From: an uncultured Gemmatimonadaceae bacterium
Lineage (GTDB): Bacteria > Gemmatimonadota > Gemmatimonadetes > Gemmatimonadales > Gemmatimonadaceae
DNA length: 64,000 bases
Assembly: GCA_963781585.1 (NCBI GenBank)
Contig: CAWAGQ010000013.1
Span: forward strand, 96,001 to 160,000
Direction of reading: 5' to 3'
The notes under the pieces were generated by a model that worked only from the letters and a program-made list of their open reading frames with translations, made no database searches and was not told the DNA's origin. Shown one piece after another: positions 47,931 to 59,392 of the stretch. A program made the position numbers and the translations under genes. Within the stretch, counting starts at the first letter, position 1, and every line of letters starts with the position of its first letter.

Positions 47931-49607
47931 TCACCGGCGCGATCGGGACTCTTCGCCAGCGGGAGGTTCGCGGACGACGGTCCCATCGGGCGCCACGATC
48001 TCCACAGGTCGTCCGGCCACTTTCTCCAGGAGCCGCGCCTTGCGGCTGGCCCCCCAGAGCTCAAGCCGAACCGAGCGCGCCCGCGGATCGGGCTCGGCCG
48101 TGAGGCGGATGGCGCGCGCCAGCGTGCGGACCTTGATGCGACCGACGGCGCCGACGTGACCGCGGTCGAAGCCATCGGCGATGCGCAGGATGGCCGACAG
48201 GCGACGGATGCGGCGGCGGGTGTCCCGGTCCAGGGAGGCGTACTGGCGATGCTTGCGTCGCGGTGGGGCGCCACGATGGTATCGCGCGACGTGGGCGATG
48301 ACCACCTGTTCCTCGGGCGGCACTCCCAGCAACTCGGCGTGCGAGATGAGATGGAAGGAGTGCTTGTGATGCTGGTCGTAGTTGATGTGATATCCGGTAT
48401 CGTGCAGCAGGGCGGCGTCGGCCAGGATGCGTCGCTCGACCGCTTCGCATCCCAGACGGGCGCCGACAGCGTCGAAGACCTGCAGGGCGAGCTTCTGGAC
48501 GTGCTGCGCGTGAAAGGACTCATAGTGGCAACGCTCGGCAAAGGCCCGCACCGAGCGCTCCCGCGCTTCGCCGGGATCTGCGACCTGGGGAGCCACCCGT
48601 GCGCTCTCCAGCAGGATGCCTTCGCGAATACCGTAGCCCGAGCAGATGATCTCGCGGGCTTCGACGCGCGCGATGACCTCGGAGGCGACGACCAACCCGC
48701 CCAGGATGATGTCGGCGCGGCCCGGATTGAGTCCGGGCACGTGCATGCGTTCGTCGGGCGTGAGTTGCTGCAGGGCGTCGATGATGTGCTCGAGCTCCTC
48801 ACGCGGCACGCGTGTGTCGTGCACGCGGCCGTCGAAGGGAAGGCCGCGCCGCGCCAGACACATGGCGCCGAGGTTGGTGAATGTTCCTCCCGATCCGATG
48901 AGCTGTGCGCCGCGCCAGTCCTTGACCGGGAGCACGCGACGGATGTCGTCGTGGATGGCATCGCGCAGCCGCTTCAGATGTTTGCGCCGTGGTCGGTCCC
49001 CCAGAAACTGCTCGGTCATGCGCATGGCTCCGAAGGGCAGCGAGATGAGCCGCTCGACGAGTCCGTCGGCACTCATCGTGAGCTCCAGCGACCCGCCCCC
49101 GATGTCCATGACGACCGCGCGCCCGACCCCGAGGTCGAAATGCGCCAGCGCGGAGCGGAACGACAGGCGGGCCTCCTCCTCGCCGTCGAGCACGCGGACT
49201 TTCAATCCGGCCTCCCGCCGGACGCGCTCGATGAACACGCGGCGATTCGTCGCCTCGCGCACGGCGCTGGTCGCCACGGCGTCGATACGGGCCGCTCCCA
49301 TCTGCCTCGCCAGCATCGCCATGCGCTGGAGGGCCTCGACGGACTGCTGCATTGCATCTTCCGAGAGGAGACCGCTCTGGGCGAGGTCCGCGCCGAGTCG
49401 CGGGGCCGCCTTCATTTCATCGACCACCCGGATGGCGCCCGACGGCGCGACGTCGGCAATGATCTGCCGGATGGAATTGGATCCGATGTCGATGGCGGCG
49501 AGCCGGAGGGGATGGGGTTCGGCGTGACCCCTCGAATGGAGATCGAACACCCGCACCCGCGGGGTGGTTACCGACCGCACGGCGGGAGACGGTACGCGGG
49601 GAGCCAC
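47931..49607 (-). CDS. ppx: Ppx/GppA phosphatase with HD domain
   Basis: AIDIGSNS, ATSAVREA, DIGGGSLE, GIREG, LLHDTG. Start uncertain. Confidence 0.92.
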   Translation of the reverse strand: MAPRVPSPAVRSVTTPRVRVFDLHSRGHAEPHPLRLAAIDIGSNSIRQIIADVAPSGAIRVVDEMKAAPRLGADLAQSGLLSEDAMQQSVEALQRMAMLARQMGAARIDAVATSAVREATNRRVFIERVRREAGLKVRVLDGEEEARLSFRSALAHFDLGVGRAVVMDIGGGSLELTMSADGLVERLISLPFGAMRMTEQFLGDRPRRKHLKRLRDAIHDDIRRVLPVKDWRGAQLIGSGGTFTNLGAMCLARRGLPFDGRVHDTRVPREELEHIIDALQQLTPDERMHVPGLNPGRADIILGGLVVASEVIARVEAREIICSGYGIREGILLESARVAPQVADPGEARERSVRAFAERCHYESFHAQHVQKLALQVFDAVGARLGCEAVERRILADAALLHDTGYHINYDQHHKHSFHLISHAELLGVPPEEQVVIAHVARYHRGAPPRRKHRQYASLDRDTRRRIRRLSAILRIADGFDRGHVGAVGRIKVRTLARAIRLTAEPDPRARSVRLELWGASRKARLLEKVAGRPVEIVAPDGTVVREPPAGEESRSRR

Positions 49608-49709
49608 GACCAGACAGCGAGGGACGAACGAGCGCGACGCCTGATGCGTCGGATGCGGAGGCAGTCGTGCGCTCCCTGCTGCCTGACGAGAGATCTCGTG
49701 TGAACGCTC

Positions 49710-50429
49710 CTATCCGGCGGCAGCGCCGGTGTCGGGCTCCATATGCAGTTCCCGTTCCGCATGATGTTTAATCTGTTTCCCCTCCGCGAGGTAGACCGCA
49801 TCTTCAGCAATGTTGGTGGCGAGGTCGGCTACCCGCTCCAGGTTCCTGCCCACGAGCAGCAGCTCCAGGGACGGGGTGATCATGCGGGGGTCGGCCATCA
49901 TGTGGGTGAGGAGGGTGCGGAAGAGCGCGTCGTGGAGCGAGTCCACCTGGTCGTCGCGCCGGCAGACGTCCCGGCCCAGCACGCCGTCGGCACGCACGAA
50001 GGCGTCGAGCGCGTCGCCGAGCATGCGTCGCGCCCGCCGGGCCATGTCCTCAATGGCGGGATCGATCCGCAGCAGCCGCTGCTCGTGGAGGTGCTGCGCC
50101 GACTGCGCGATATTGACGGCGTGATCACCCACCCGTTCCAGATCACTGGAGATCTTGATGGCGGTGATGACGAAGCGCAGGTCGCGGGCCATCGGCTGCT
50201 GCAGGGCGAGCAGCTCGATGGCGAGGTGCTCCACTTCCAGTTCGAGCTGATCCACTTCGCGGTCGCCCTGGATCACGGACTCCGCTTTGTCAGCGTCCCG
50301 CGTGAGCATCGCGTCCACGGCGAGGTCGACCAGCTCTTCGGCGCGCGCGGACATGTCGAGCAAGCGCTGTTTCAGCGTCGCCAGCTGGGCGTGGAAATGA
50401 CGGGCAGTAACGGCCTCGACGGAACTCAT
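49710..50429 (-). CDS. phoU: phosphate signalling protein PhoU
   Basis: [35 protein letters not shown]. Confidence 0.96.
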   Translation of the reverse strand: MSSVEAVTARHFHAQLATLKQRLLDMSARAEELVDLAVDAMLTRDADKAESVIQGDREVDQLELEVEHLAIELLALQQPMARDLRFVITAIKISSDLERVGDHAVNIAQSAQHLHEQRLLRIDPAIEDMARRARRMLGDALDAFVRADGVLGRDVCRRDDQVDSLHDALFRTLLTHMMADPRMITPSLELLLVGRNLERVADLATNIAEDAVYLAEGKQIKHHAERELHMEPDTGAAAG

Positions 50430-51298
50430 CCGAACCTCCCGGTAACGTACGCCTCGGTGCGTTCCTCGCGAGGAGTGGTGAAAAGTCGCTCAGTGGTGTC
50501 GACTTCTACCAGACGCCCGAGGTAAAAAAACGCCGTTCGGTCCGACACCCGTGCCGCCTGTTGCAGATTGTGTGTCACGATCACGATCGTCAACTCCGCC
50601 TTGAGCTCGTACAGCAGCTCTTCGATCTTCTGGGTGGCGATGGGGTCGAGCGCGGAGCAGGGCTCGTCGAGCAGCAGCACCTCGGGTTGATTGGCGAGCG
50701 CCCGGGCGATGCACAGCCGCTGCTGCTGGCCGCCCGAGAGACTGAGCGCGTTGTGCCGCAGGCGATCCTTGACCTCGTCCCAGAGCGCGGCACGGCGGAG
50801 CGCGGACTCGACGGTCGCCTCCAGGTCGGCGCGCGACAGATCACCGTTGATGCGCGGACCATACGCCACGTTGTCGTAGACGGACTTCGGGAATGGATTG
50901 GATCGCTGAAAGACCATTCCGACACGCTGGCGCAGCTGGACGAGGTCCACCGTGGGCGCGTGAATGTCCACGCCATCGAGAAAGATGCTCCCTTCATACC
51001 GAATACCGGGGATGAGCGCGTTGAGACGATTGATGGACCGGAGAAAGGTGGACTTCCCGCACCCCGACGGGCCGATGAGCGCGGTCACCATTTGCGGGTT
51101 GATGCCGAGCGAGATGTCGTACAGGGCCTGCTTGCCACCGTACCAGAACGAGAACTGCCGTGCCTCGATGGTTCCGGATGGCGAGGTCCCGTCGGACGGA
51201 GTCGGAATCGGCGCGGGACGTGCCTGGTCGCGTACCTCCTGTCTCGCCGGCATCGGATCCGGCGGGGCCGGCGACCCCGGAGGGAGCGACGCGCTCAT
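50426..51298 (-). CDS. pstB: phosphate ABC transporter ATPase
   Basis: [29 protein letters not shown]. Confidence 0.96.
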   Translation of the reverse strand: MSASLPPGSPAPPDPMPARQEVRDQARPAPIPTPSDGTSPSGTIEARQFSFWYGGKQALYDISLGINPQMVTALIGPSGCGKSTFLRSINRLNALIPGIRYEGSIFLDGVDIHAPTVDLVQLRQRVGMVFQRSNPFPKSVYDNVAYGPRINGDLSRADLEATVESALRRAALWDEVKDRLRHNALSLSGGQQQRLCIARALANQPEVLLLDEPCSALDPIATQKIEELLYELKAELTIVIVTHNLQQAARVSDRTAFFYLGRLVEVDTTERLFTTPREERTEAYVTGRFG

Positions 51299-52131
51299 CC
51301 AAAGCGGCCGGTGATGTAGGCCTCGGTGCGTGAGTCGCGGGGGGTGGTAAAGAGTGCGCGGGTGGCTGCAGTCTCGACGAGCTCACCGAACAGCATGAAC
51401 GCTGCGTGTTCGGAGACGCGCGCGGCCTGCTGCATGTTGTGGGTGACGATGACCACCGTCACGGTGTCGCGGAGCTCGTACACCAGGTCCTCCACTTTCT
51501 GTGTGCTCAACGGGTCGAGCGACGCCGTGGGCTCGTCGAGCAGGAGGACGCTGGGACGGGTGGCGAGGGCGCGCGCGATGCAGAGCCGCTGCTGCTGCCC
51601 ACCGGAGAGCGCGGTGGCGGATTCCCGCAGCCGATCCTTGACCTCGTCCCAGAGCGCCGCACGTCGCAGGGACTGCTCCACGACGGCGTCCGTGTCGGCG
51701 CGACCAAGGTGCGCACCGCGCATTCCCCGCAACCCGGAGGCGACGTTGTCGCGAATCGACATGGTCGGGAAGGGCGTCGGGCGCTGGAAGACCATGCCCA
51801 CGTGGCGGCGCACCTCGATGGGATTCACGCCGCGTGCGTAGATGTCGGTTCCATCGAGTAGAACCTCTCCCTCCACGCGCCCGCCGGAGACCGTTTCATG
51901 CATGCGGTTGAGACAGCGGAGCAGCGTGGACTTCCCGCACCCGGACGGACCGATGATGGCGGTCACCCGGCGATCGGCCAGATCGATGGACGCGCCGCTC
52001 ACGGCGCGGCGGGCGCCATAGTAGGCGTCGAGCTGTCGCACTGCCACCCGAATCCTGACCGCTGGGTCGGTGGGTGCTTCGACGGCGCGCGTGGTGACGC
52101 GTGGGCGCACCAGATCAGCCAACTCAGTCAC
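51295..52131 (-). CDS. pstB: phosphate ABC transporter ATPase (second copy)
   Basis: [25 protein letters not shown]. Confidence 0.96.
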   Translation of the reverse strand: MTELADLVRPRVTTRAVEAPTDPAVRIRVAVRQLDAYYGARRAVSGASIDLADRRVTAIIGPSGCGKSTLLRCLNRMHETVSGGRVEGEVLLDGTDIYARGVNPIEVRRHVGMVFQRPTPFPTMSIRDNVASGLRGMRGAHLGRADTDAVVEQSLRRAALWDEVKDRLRESATALSGGQQQRLCIARALATRPSVLLLDEPTASLDPLSTQKVEDLVYELRDTVTVVIVTHNMQQAARVSEHAAFMLFGELVETAATRALFTTPRDSRTEAYITGRFG

Positions 52132-53035
52132 CGGCTCCTCCGTGTCGCTGGCGTGTCACGAATCGCGCGGCGAGGCTGATCACGAGCACCAGCGCAATGA
52201 GGACAAGGGCGCCAGCCCACGCAAGGCGGTGCCACTCATCGAAGGGGCCAATGGCATACTGATAAATCTGCAGCGGGAGAGCGGCGATAGGCTGTTGTAA
52301 CGACACAGACCAGAAGTTGTTACCGAACGCGGTAAAAAGCAGCGGCGCCGTCTCGCCGGCGATACGGGCGATGGCGACGAGTGCGGCGGTCACAATGCCC
52401 GGCAGGGCGGTACGGAGCACGACCGACAGGGACGTGCGCCAGCGGGGGTACCCGAGGGCAAGCGCGGCCTCGCGCAGGGCATCGGGCACCGTGCGCACCA
52501 TCTCTTCAGTGGCACGCGTCACGAGCGGCAACATCATTGCTCCCAGGGCCAGGCCACCGGCCACGGCGGAGAAGTGTCCAGCCGGACGTACAAGGGCCTG
52601 CCAGATGAAAATGCCCATGACGATGGAGGGCAGTCCATTCAGCACGTCGGACAGGAAGCGCACGCTGGTCGCCAGACGCGCGCCGCGATGCTCCGCGAGG
52701 TAGACGCCGGCGCCGACACCAACGGGCAACCCGATGACCGAGGCCGCGCCAATGAGAATCAGGGTCCCGACGATGCCGTTGGCCATACCGCCACCCGATT
52801 CCAGTGCCGGCCGGGGGTTGCGGGTGAAGAAAGAGAGGTTGATCGACGACGCGCCCTGTCGGAGCAGGTGCCAGAGAATGAGCATGAGGGGCAGTGTTGC
52901 CAGCACGGCCGCGACCCCCATGAGTCCGAGCATCACCGCGCTCACGGCCCGGCGCGCACGCATCGAGCGGCGCTGCGGACGCGGTGTGCGGCGCCGCGGT
53001 GGCCCGCGCACCGTATCCCATCGGGCAACGGTCAT
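52124..53035 (-). CDS. pstA: phosphate ABC transporter permease
   Basis: [27 protein letters not shown] 53035 overlaps the pstC stop. Confidence 0.95.
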   Translation of the reverse strand: MTVARWDTVRGPPRRRTPRPQRRSMRARRAVSAVMLGLMGVAAVLATLPLMLILWHLLRQGASSINLSFFTRNPRPALESGGGMANGIVGTLILIGAASVIGLPVGVGAGVYLAEHRGARLATSVRFLSDVLNGLPSIVMGIFIWQALVRPAGHFSAVAGGLALGAMMLPLVTRATEEMVRTVPDALREAALALGYPRWRTSLSVVLRTALPGIVTAALVAIARIAGETAPLLFTAFGNNFWSVSLQQPIAALPLQIYQYAIGPFDEWHRLAWAGALVLIALVLVISLAARFVTRQRHGGAGD

Positions 53036-54018
53036 ATCCTGGCCTCGCGGGCGACGCTCCAGACGAGCCAGCGGGCCATCGCGTTGACGACCAGCGTGAC
53101 AACGAACAGCACGAAGCCGCACGCCATCAGCGCCGAGACGTGGAGGCGGCCGGTGGCTTCGGAGAACTCGTTGGCGATCACCGAGGCGAGCGTGTAGCCC
53201 GGCGCGAACAGCGACGTGGAAATGTCGTGGCGGTTGCCGATGAGCATGGTGACTGCCATCGTCTCGCCGAGCGCGCGGGCCAGGCCGAGCATGATGCCGC
53301 CGATGATTCCGGAACGGGCATACGGCACCACCGCGTCGCGAATCATCTCCCACCGGGTGGCGCCCAGGGCCAGCGCCGCTTCGCGCTGGGTGCGCGGTAC
53401 CGTCATCAGCACCTCGCGTGATACGGCCGAGATGTACGGCAGGATCATGATGGCGAGGATGATCCCGGCGGCGAGCATGCTCTGCCCGTATGCCGGGCCG
53501 GAAAAGAACGGTGTGCGCCCCAGGCCCAGGGTCTGCGCGAGAAACGGCATCACCGATGACCGGAGCACAGGCAGCAGCACAAAGATCCCCCACAGCCCGT
53601 AGACAACGCTCGGGATGGCGGCCAGGAGGTCCACCAGGAACGAGACCGGCCGGCGGAGCCAGGGCGGAGAGAGATCCGACAGAAAGATCGCCACACCTAA
53701 CGCCAACGGCGTGGCGATGAACAGAGCGAGCGTCGACGAGACCAGCGTCCCATAGATCATCGGCGCGGCGCCAAACCGCTCGCGCACCGGATCCCACTCG
53801 GACGAGGTGAGGAACGACGGGCCGAAATGGCTCAGCGCCGGCCACGCCGCGATGCCGATCCCCAGCACGATCAGCAACAACAACAGGGGCACCGCCCAGG
53901 CGAACGCCGCGGTCGTGACCCGGTACAGCAGGTCGCCGATCGAAATGCCTTCCAGCCTGGACGCCGGAACCGACGACGCGAGCGCCGCCGCCTCGGGTGT
54001 CACGCGGGCGTCGGTCAC
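53032..54018 (-). CDS. pstC: phosphate ABC transporter permease
   Basis: AIPSVVYGLWG, RALGETMAV, IANEFSEA. Confidence 0.95.
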   Translation of the reverse strand: MTDARVTPEAAALASSVPASRLEGISIGDLLYRVTTAAFAWAVPLLLLLIVLGIGIAAWPALSHFGPSFLTSSEWDPVRERFGAAPMIYGTLVSSTLALFIATPLALGVAIFLSDLSPPWLRRPVSFLVDLLAAIPSVVYGLWGIFVLLPVLRSSVMPFLAQTLGLGRTPFFSGPAYGQSMLAAGIILAIMILPYISAVSREVLMTVPRTQREAALALGATRWEMIRDAVVPYARSGIIGGIMLGLARALGETMAVTMLIGNRHDISTSLFAPGYTLASVIANEFSEATGRLHVSALMACGFVLFVVTLVVNAMARWLVWSVAREARI

Positions 54019-55097
54019 TGCGCTCCGCCGATCTGGATCTCGCTCAGCCGGTCGGTGAGCCGCTGCGCCAGCGATGGCGGCAGGGGCGCATAATCGAGCG
54101 AGGCGGCGCTCTGCTCTCCCGTCTGGTACATCCAGCGCATGAAGTCGACGAGTTTCTTTCCCTTGACCGGGTCGGCCTGGTGCTGGTACACCAGGAGCCA
54201 GGTGAAGGAAGAGATCGGATACGCGGTTGCACCCGGTGCGTTGACGATCGAGATGCGATAGTCGGTGTCGGGGCCGAGTCTCGAAATGGCGCCCTCAGCG
54301 GCCGCCGAGATGCTCTCAATGGTGGGCGCAACGAACTCTCCGGCGGCGTTCCTGACATGACCGGCCGGAAGGCGATTCTGAATGGCGTACGCGAGTTCGA
54401 CGTAGCCGATCGAACCCGGTGTGGTCTTTACCTGGCCGGCAACCTGTTCATTTCCCTGCCCACCGAGCCCGACCGGCCAGTTCACCGATTTTCCACGCCC
54501 GGGCCCGTTCGCCCAGTCCTGGCTCACAGTGGAGAGATAGTCGGTGAAGATGAAGCTCGTGCCACTTGTTTCCGCGCGGTGGACGACGAGGATGTCGCGG
54601 GCCGGCAGCGTGACGCCGGGATTGAGAGCCGCCAGTCGGGCGTCATTCCACTTCGTGATCTTGCCCAGGAAGATGCCGGCAATGGCGTCGCCGGTGAGGT
54701 GCAGGGGCGAGGTCGCTTCTGCCAGATTGTACGTGATCACGACGGCGCCGAGTACGGTCGGGAAATGGAGGATCTTGCCGGCCGACGCGGCGCCCATTTC
54801 CTGATCCGTCATCGGGCTGTCAGATGCCCCGAAGTCGATGGTATTGTCGGAAAGTTGTTTGATGCCGGCGCCCGACCCCTTCGACTGATAGTTGATCTTC
54901 ACGCCGGTGGCCTGGGCATACATCGAAAACCACTTGTCATAAATGATGTAGGGAAAGGTTGCTCCGGCGCCGTTCAGGTCGACGCCGCTGCTCACCGCCG
55001 CCGACGAGTCGCCGGTTCCAGGAGCACGTTGGTCCCCGCCACAGCCGGCGACAAGAACGGCGCCGAACAGCGTGAGCGCGATGGTGCGCGGATGCAT
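54015..55097 (-). CDS. pstS: phosphate-binding lipoprotein
   Basis: Lipobox VAGC, GAGATFP, GSGAG, DFGASD, SGTS, YPISSFTW. Confidence 0.96.
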   Translation of the reverse strand: MHPRTIALTLFGAVLVAGCGGDQRAPGTGDSSAAVSSGVDLNGAGATFPYIIYDKWFSMYAQATGVKINYQSKGSGAGIKQLSDNTIDFGASDSPMTDQEMGAASAGKILHFPTVLGAVVITYNLAEATSPLHLTGDAIAGIFLGKITKWNDARLAALNPGVTLPARDILVVHRAETSGTSFIFTDYLSTVSQDWANGPGRGKSVNWPVGLGGQGNEQVAGQVKTTPGSIGYVELAYAIQNRLPAGHVRNAAGEFVAPTIESISAAAEGAISRLGPDTDYRISIVNAPGATAYPISSFTWLLVYQHQADPVKGKKLVDFMRWMYQTGEQSAASLDYAPLPPSLAQRLTDRLSEIQIGGAQ

Positions 55098-55125
55098 AAC
55101 GAGAGCCTCCGGAGAATGGACGGGA

Positions 55126-56355
55126 TCAGAAGCCGGCGATGAGATGCAGGTACACCGTGCGCGTGTTTGGCGCGACGAGTCCGCTGACAGGATAGGATGA
55201 TTGCAGGTCGAGGGTGGCCGAGGTGCGGGAACTGAAGTCCCAGGAAATACCGGCAGTCCAGGCGTGGACGACACCATCCGCGTTCACGTCCGGCTTGACC
55301 TGATCCAGTCGTACGACCACCCAGAGCGGCGCACCCGGCGACCGGGGCGTGGATGCGAAGGGATGTCCAATCGCGAACAGCGACGTGACCCGACCGGTGC
55401 GACTGCTGGCGGTGGGAACAACGTCCCTGGTCGTGTCGGCGTGCTCGACGACATCCTTGCGCCAGGCCAACTGTGCGCCGAGCGTCAGCCGCGGACCGCG
55501 CGTGGACACGAACAGCCCATAGCGGTTGCGCTCGCGTCCACGGCTGACGGCTTGCACCGTGCCGTGGCGTTGCGCATAGTCGCTCGCGCGCTCGCCAAGG
55601 CTGCCCCAGGGTGAGATCTGGAGGCTCCGAAGGGAGCCCGACCCGCGCGCAAACGGGGTCAGCGTGAGCCGCGCCGCATACTCCTTGAATCGATCGAGCT
55701 CGCGCGAGCCGTAGCCGGAGCCGTTCACGATGGTGGTGTACAGCTCGCCCGCCCGGTCCGGCAGGGTAATGGTTGATGCCACGCCGGCATCAGAGGAGGA
55801 GAAGAACCCGGTCTGTTCGATGGCGACCTGCGATAATCCGCGTTGCCAGTACTGCTCCTCCTTGTCGATGACCACCGTATGGACGAGTCCCATCCGGGCG
55901 CTGATGCGCAGGTTGTCGGCCCCGCCACGAAGGAACTCATGCTGGAGGTACGCATACTTGGCTCGAAGACTCCACCCGCGGTAGTAGCCGTCCCGGGTCG
56001 TGTCCCGTTGTTGATAGACGTCGAGGGTGATGCGAATGGAATCGCGCTCGCCGGCGCGGGTGCGGAAGTTGAGATACGCGCGCTCCAGGTCAAATCGATT
56101 CTGTGACCGACTCCCCTTGGGCCCGCCGTATTGGTAGTTCGCGTAGAGCACGCCTGAGAAGGAGAACGAGGGCGACGACGGTTGCGCGGTCCCCGCAGCG
56201 GAATCGCGAGTCGCCGGAGGGGATGCGGGTGGCGAAGTCGGAAGTGGAGCGACAGGACCCTGGGCCGCAACCGTGGCGGTCACCAGGCAGACGAGCGGAG
56301 GGAGAGGACGGAGGACGCGGACGTGGGCACGGCGGGGAGCAAGTCGGATTGTCAC
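55126..56355 (-). CDS. outer-membrane porin-like protein (probably phosphate-selective)
   Basis: Signal peptide, RFDLERAYLNF, beta strands and a terminal Phe; directly upstream of pstS. Confidence 0.7.
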   Translation of the reverse strand: MTIRLAPRRAHVRVLRPLPPLVCLVTATVAAQGPVAPLPTSPPASPPATRDSAAGTAQPSSPSFSFSGVLYANYQYGGPKGSRSQNRFDLERAYLNFRTRAGERDSIRITLDVYQQRDTTRDGYYRGWSLRAKYAYLQHEFLRGGADNLRISARMGLVHTVVIDKEEQYWQRGLSQVAIEQTGFFSSSDAGVASTITLPDRAGELYTTIVNGSGYGSRELDRFKEYAARLTLTPFARGSGSLRSLQISPWGSLGERASDYAQRHGTVQAVSRGRERNRYGLFVSTRGPRLTLGAQLAWRKDVVEHADTTRDVVPTASSRTGRVTSLFAIGHPFASTPRSPGAPLWVVVRLDQVKPDVNADGVVHAWTAGISWDFSSRTSATLDLQSSYPVSGLVAPNTRTVYLHLIAGF

Positions 56356-56423
56356 GGATCGTCACCGGGTGCGAGTGAACCAGCGTCGTTTGTAACGACA
56401 ACGCCGTACTCTGCCGGCTCTGT

Positions 56424-56450
56424 GTAACAGCTTGGCGACGAACCGGTAAC
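56424..56450 (-). promoter_or_regulatory. Pho-box-like direct repeats
   Basis: Minus strand GTTAC-N6-GTCGC-N6-GTTAC with 11-bp period, upstream of the porin-pst operon. Confidence 0.65.
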
Positions 56451-56732
56451 GGACCGGTCGTTTCACCGGCCCACGCGGACACGCAAGACCGCCGTTCCGG
56501 ACCGCGGTCCGAAACGGGAAGCTTCCCATCTGGAGAGAGAGAATCACTCGGCCGCGTTTCACCGCTGTGTCGCTTGCGTAACCGCCAGGTCACGAACGTC
56601 CGGCCGCAACGCCGCTCCCCGGCCACGAGCGCGTGGGGAACCGGCGGCTTCCGAAAGTGCCCGATCGTGGCGCTCCCGGACGGGTCGATGTCGCATTCCT
56701 GCTCGCACGCCGCTTGAACTCTGTCGCCAGGG

Positions 56733-57419
56733 TCAGAACTCGTTCCGGTAGCTCACGATCTTGTATCGCCCGTCGCGCTCGATGATCGAACCGAAGTAGC
56801 GATGCGTGCTGATCGACCCATCTGTCTCGCGGATCCGCAGGGTGCAGCCGGTCCAGATCGTATTGGGGCCCTGCCGGTCAGGTTTCGCGTCGCAGCGATG
56901 GTCGATGTAGTCCAACGGCTTGCCGCCCAGACGACGCAGGAGTCGAGTCAACCCGGACTCGCTCGGCTCGTTGATGAGCATCCAGATTCGAGCCGGGGAT
57001 TCGCGGTACGGCGGGTGAGTGTACGGTGAGCTCGGGAAAACCAGGTCCGCGAATTCGCGCGCCGAGAGCACCATGTCGTGAAGTTCGGTGCTGTCGTTCG
57101 CGGCGAGCGCCTTGACGAACCGGCTGACGACCTGGTCGCGCGACTGGCTGCCGTGGCGCAGCGCTGTGACGTGTGCCCCGCCGATGCTCTCGCTGAACCG
57201 GCGCATCTCCTCGTCCAGCGGCAGGATCGAGTCGACGATGTATCCTGGCTGGACGCGGTTGATGGAATCCTGTCGCGCGCGGGCGATCGAGTCCTCGCGC
57301 AGTGAATCGGCCGCGGTGCGGGGCGCCGGGGTTCCTTCGGCACGCCCGCAGGAGGTCAGTATGACCACGGTCGCGACGACCATGGAGGATAAACGAAAGG
57401 GCGATGTTGCGATTCTCAT
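56733..57419 (-). CDS. hypothetical lipoprotein
   Basis: Lipobox LTSC. Confidence 0.7.
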   Translation of the reverse strand: MRIATSPFRLSSMVVATVVILTSCGRAEGTPAPRTAADSLREDSIARARQDSINRVQPGYIVDSILPLDEEMRRFSESIGGAHVTALRHGSQSRDQVVSRFVKALAANDSTELHDMVLSAREFADLVFPSSPYTHPPYRESPARIWMLINEPSESGLTRLLRRLGGKPLDYIDHRCDAKPDRQGPNTIWTGCTLRIRETDGSISTHRYFGSIIERDGRYKIVSYRNEF

Positions 57420-57440
57420 GTGGGTTTCCCACCCGGACGA

Positions 57441-57473
57441 ACATGGGCGGCGCCCGGAGGACGCCGCCCATGT
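57441..57473 (-). terminator. intergenic 12-bp stem-loop
   Basis: ACATGGGCGGCG-N9-CGCCGCCCATGT. Confidence 0.55.
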
Positions 57474-57490
57474 CGATACGAAGATGCGAA

Positions 57491-59242
57491 TCAGTTGCGA
57501 GCGTAATATGTCCACCCCTCCCACCACTTGGCCCCGCCCGGTGCGACCGCGCCAAGGTATGCCGATGGCTGGACAAAGGTGCCGGCCTTGGTCAGGAGCT
57601 TTCCCGTGAAGGTGTTCATTCCGCCTGTGGCGATCGCCGATCCGTTTACCGGTGTCCAGTCGAAATCCGCCACACCGGTTGGGGCCACGCCCTGAGCGGG
57701 AATCTTGGTAAAAAGGGCGGTCGCGAGCGCACCGCCTAACGTGAGACCGTTTCCGGCCAGGTCGAGAGAATTCTGCGGGTTGGAGCCAGGGCCTTCGAAG
57801 ACCTTCGGTGTTTCCGCGAAATAGACGTTCTTCACGGCCAGGTCGGTCGTCGCCATGTCGGGGATCGGTACCGAGCCCCCCCGGGCGTAGGACTCATTAT
57901 CACGCAGCGAGACGCCATCGGTCGGGAACCGCGCCACCACGCCGTTGACGTAGAAACCGCCGGTCCCTCGCCGGAGCATCATCCCGTGCCCGCCCGAGGC
58001 GCCGACGCACGTGGCGGCCCCGCAGCCGACGAGCGTGAAATTTGCTACCACGGGCTCGGTGTACGGCTGCTGGTTGAATCCGTTGTCGCATCCCGATCCC
58101 TGGCAACCGTCGTTCTCGATGCCTTCGAGATCGGAGGCGAGAAACCCGGCGCCAGTACGCGGCGTGAGTTGCACCGAGTTGAAGCCAATCAGATACTGGA
58201 GCCGGCCTTGGAAGCCTTCGGACATGTCAAACATGTCGTCGCCGGTCTCGTAGGCCACCATGTGATCGCCGTCCAGCGCGCCGCCGAAAAACTCGTACGA
58301 GTCATCCAGGCCGCCGAGGGCCTGGACGTAGGACAGGCGTGTGCCGGAACCGACGGCGGCGAAGGTGAACGCATTCAACTCGTTGTTGAGCGAAGGGGCG
58401 TAGCCGGCGAACTGGACGCGGACGTACTGGAGCGTCCCGGAATTGTCGGTCGCCGTGGTGCCGCCCGAGTAGATGACCTGGTAGTTCTTCCCACTCACCA
58501 CCGTCGTGCCGTCCGTGCCGGATCCCTCTACCTCCACCGTCCCGCTGCGGCTGTTGATGCCGTTCCCGATGAGGAGCAATCCGCCCCAGTCGCCGATCTG
58601 TCGTTGCCCGACGGGTCGTGACGAGGTGAAGACGATGGGGCGATCCGCGGTGCCCACCGCCTGAATCCTGGCGCCGCGCAGGATCCACAGCGACGAGCCG
58701 GCCGGATCGAAGGCGCCAAGGATCGTGGTCCCGGGCTGAATGGTCAGCGTCGTGCCGTTGCCCACCACGTGGATGAACCCCTTGAGCGTATAGGTCGTGT
58801 CGGCATACAGCGTGCGGCTCGCAGTAATGTCACCGGTGATGTCAGCTGACGCGTAGCCGAGCGCGAAGGTGGTAGTAGTGGCCGGGGTCGTCGGATCGCT
58901 GCGCGCCCCCGACTTGATTGCCACCGCTTCGTACTGATATGCGGTCGACGGGTCGAGGCTGGTGTCGTCGTAGGTCTGCGTGCCGTCGGCTGACAGAGTT
59001 GGGATCGTCGTGATCACCGTGAAGCTGGCAGATCCACCGTCGGCGCGACTGATCTCGTAGCTCTCGCCGCTGCGGCCGCTGAAGGTGACGCGTACCGTGC
59101 CCGTGCCGGTCGCGGTCGCTGAGAAGCCGAGCGGCGGGTCAGGATTGGCTGGTGGCCCGGTGCTCTTGTCGTTGTTGCTGCAGGCGGACAGCATCGCGAG
59201 TGCTGCGAGCGCCGCGGTGGTGAAACGGATGGGGCTGAACAT
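57491..59242 (-). CDS. surface lipoprotein with FN3-like and beta-helix-like regions
   Basis: Lipobox LSAC, FN3-like YQYE, TLTIQPGT, PIVFTS, DWGGL, DNSGTLQYVRV, DDSYEFFGG. Confidence 0.75.
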   Translation of the reverse strand: MFSPIRFTTAALAALAMLSACSNNDKSTGPPANPDPPLGFSATATGTGTVRVTFSGRSGESYEISRADGGSASFTVITTIPTLSADGTQTYDDTSLDPSTAYQYEAVAIKSGARSDPTTPATTTTFALGYASADITGDITASRTLYADTTYTLKGFIHVVGNGTTLTIQPGTTILGAFDPAGSSLWILRGARIQAVGTADRPIVFTSSRPVGQRQIGDWGGLLLIGNGINSRSGTVEVEGSGTDGTTVVSGKNYQVIYSGGTTATDNSGTLQYVRVQFAGYAPSLNNELNAFTFAAVGSGTRLSYVQALGGLDDSYEFFGGALDGDHMVAYETGDDMFDMSEGFQGRLQYLIGFNSVQLTPRTGAGFLASDLEGIENDGCQGSGCDNGFNQQPYTEPVVANFTLVGCGAATCVGASGGHGMMLRRGTGGFYVNGVVARFPTDGVSLRDNESYARGGSVPIPDMATTDLAVKNVYFAETPKVFEGPGSNPQNSLDLAGNGLTLGGALATALFTKIPAQGVAPTGVADFDWTPVNGSAIATGGMNTFTGKLLTKAGTFVQPSAYLGAVAPGGAKWWEGWTYYARN

Positions 59243-59392
59243 TCCGGTTCCTCTGCAGGGATGGATGTGATGCGAGCTACGCGTCAGGAGGATCCGACGA
59301 CGCCACGAGCCTCCAAATTCAAAGCCGGACTGTGTTCGTTACGTCTACCCAACGTCACGAGACGGTCACGTGAATCGTGACCGTGGCGCCAA

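Noticed and set aside
47256..49703. 815-aa plus-strand ORF, and similar long ORFs opposite clpX, degP and deoC
   Set aside because: Antisense shadows of well-supported genes, with no recognisable motifs.
50426..52131. Tandem pstB duplication
   Set aside because: A common arrangement in pst operons; not unusual.
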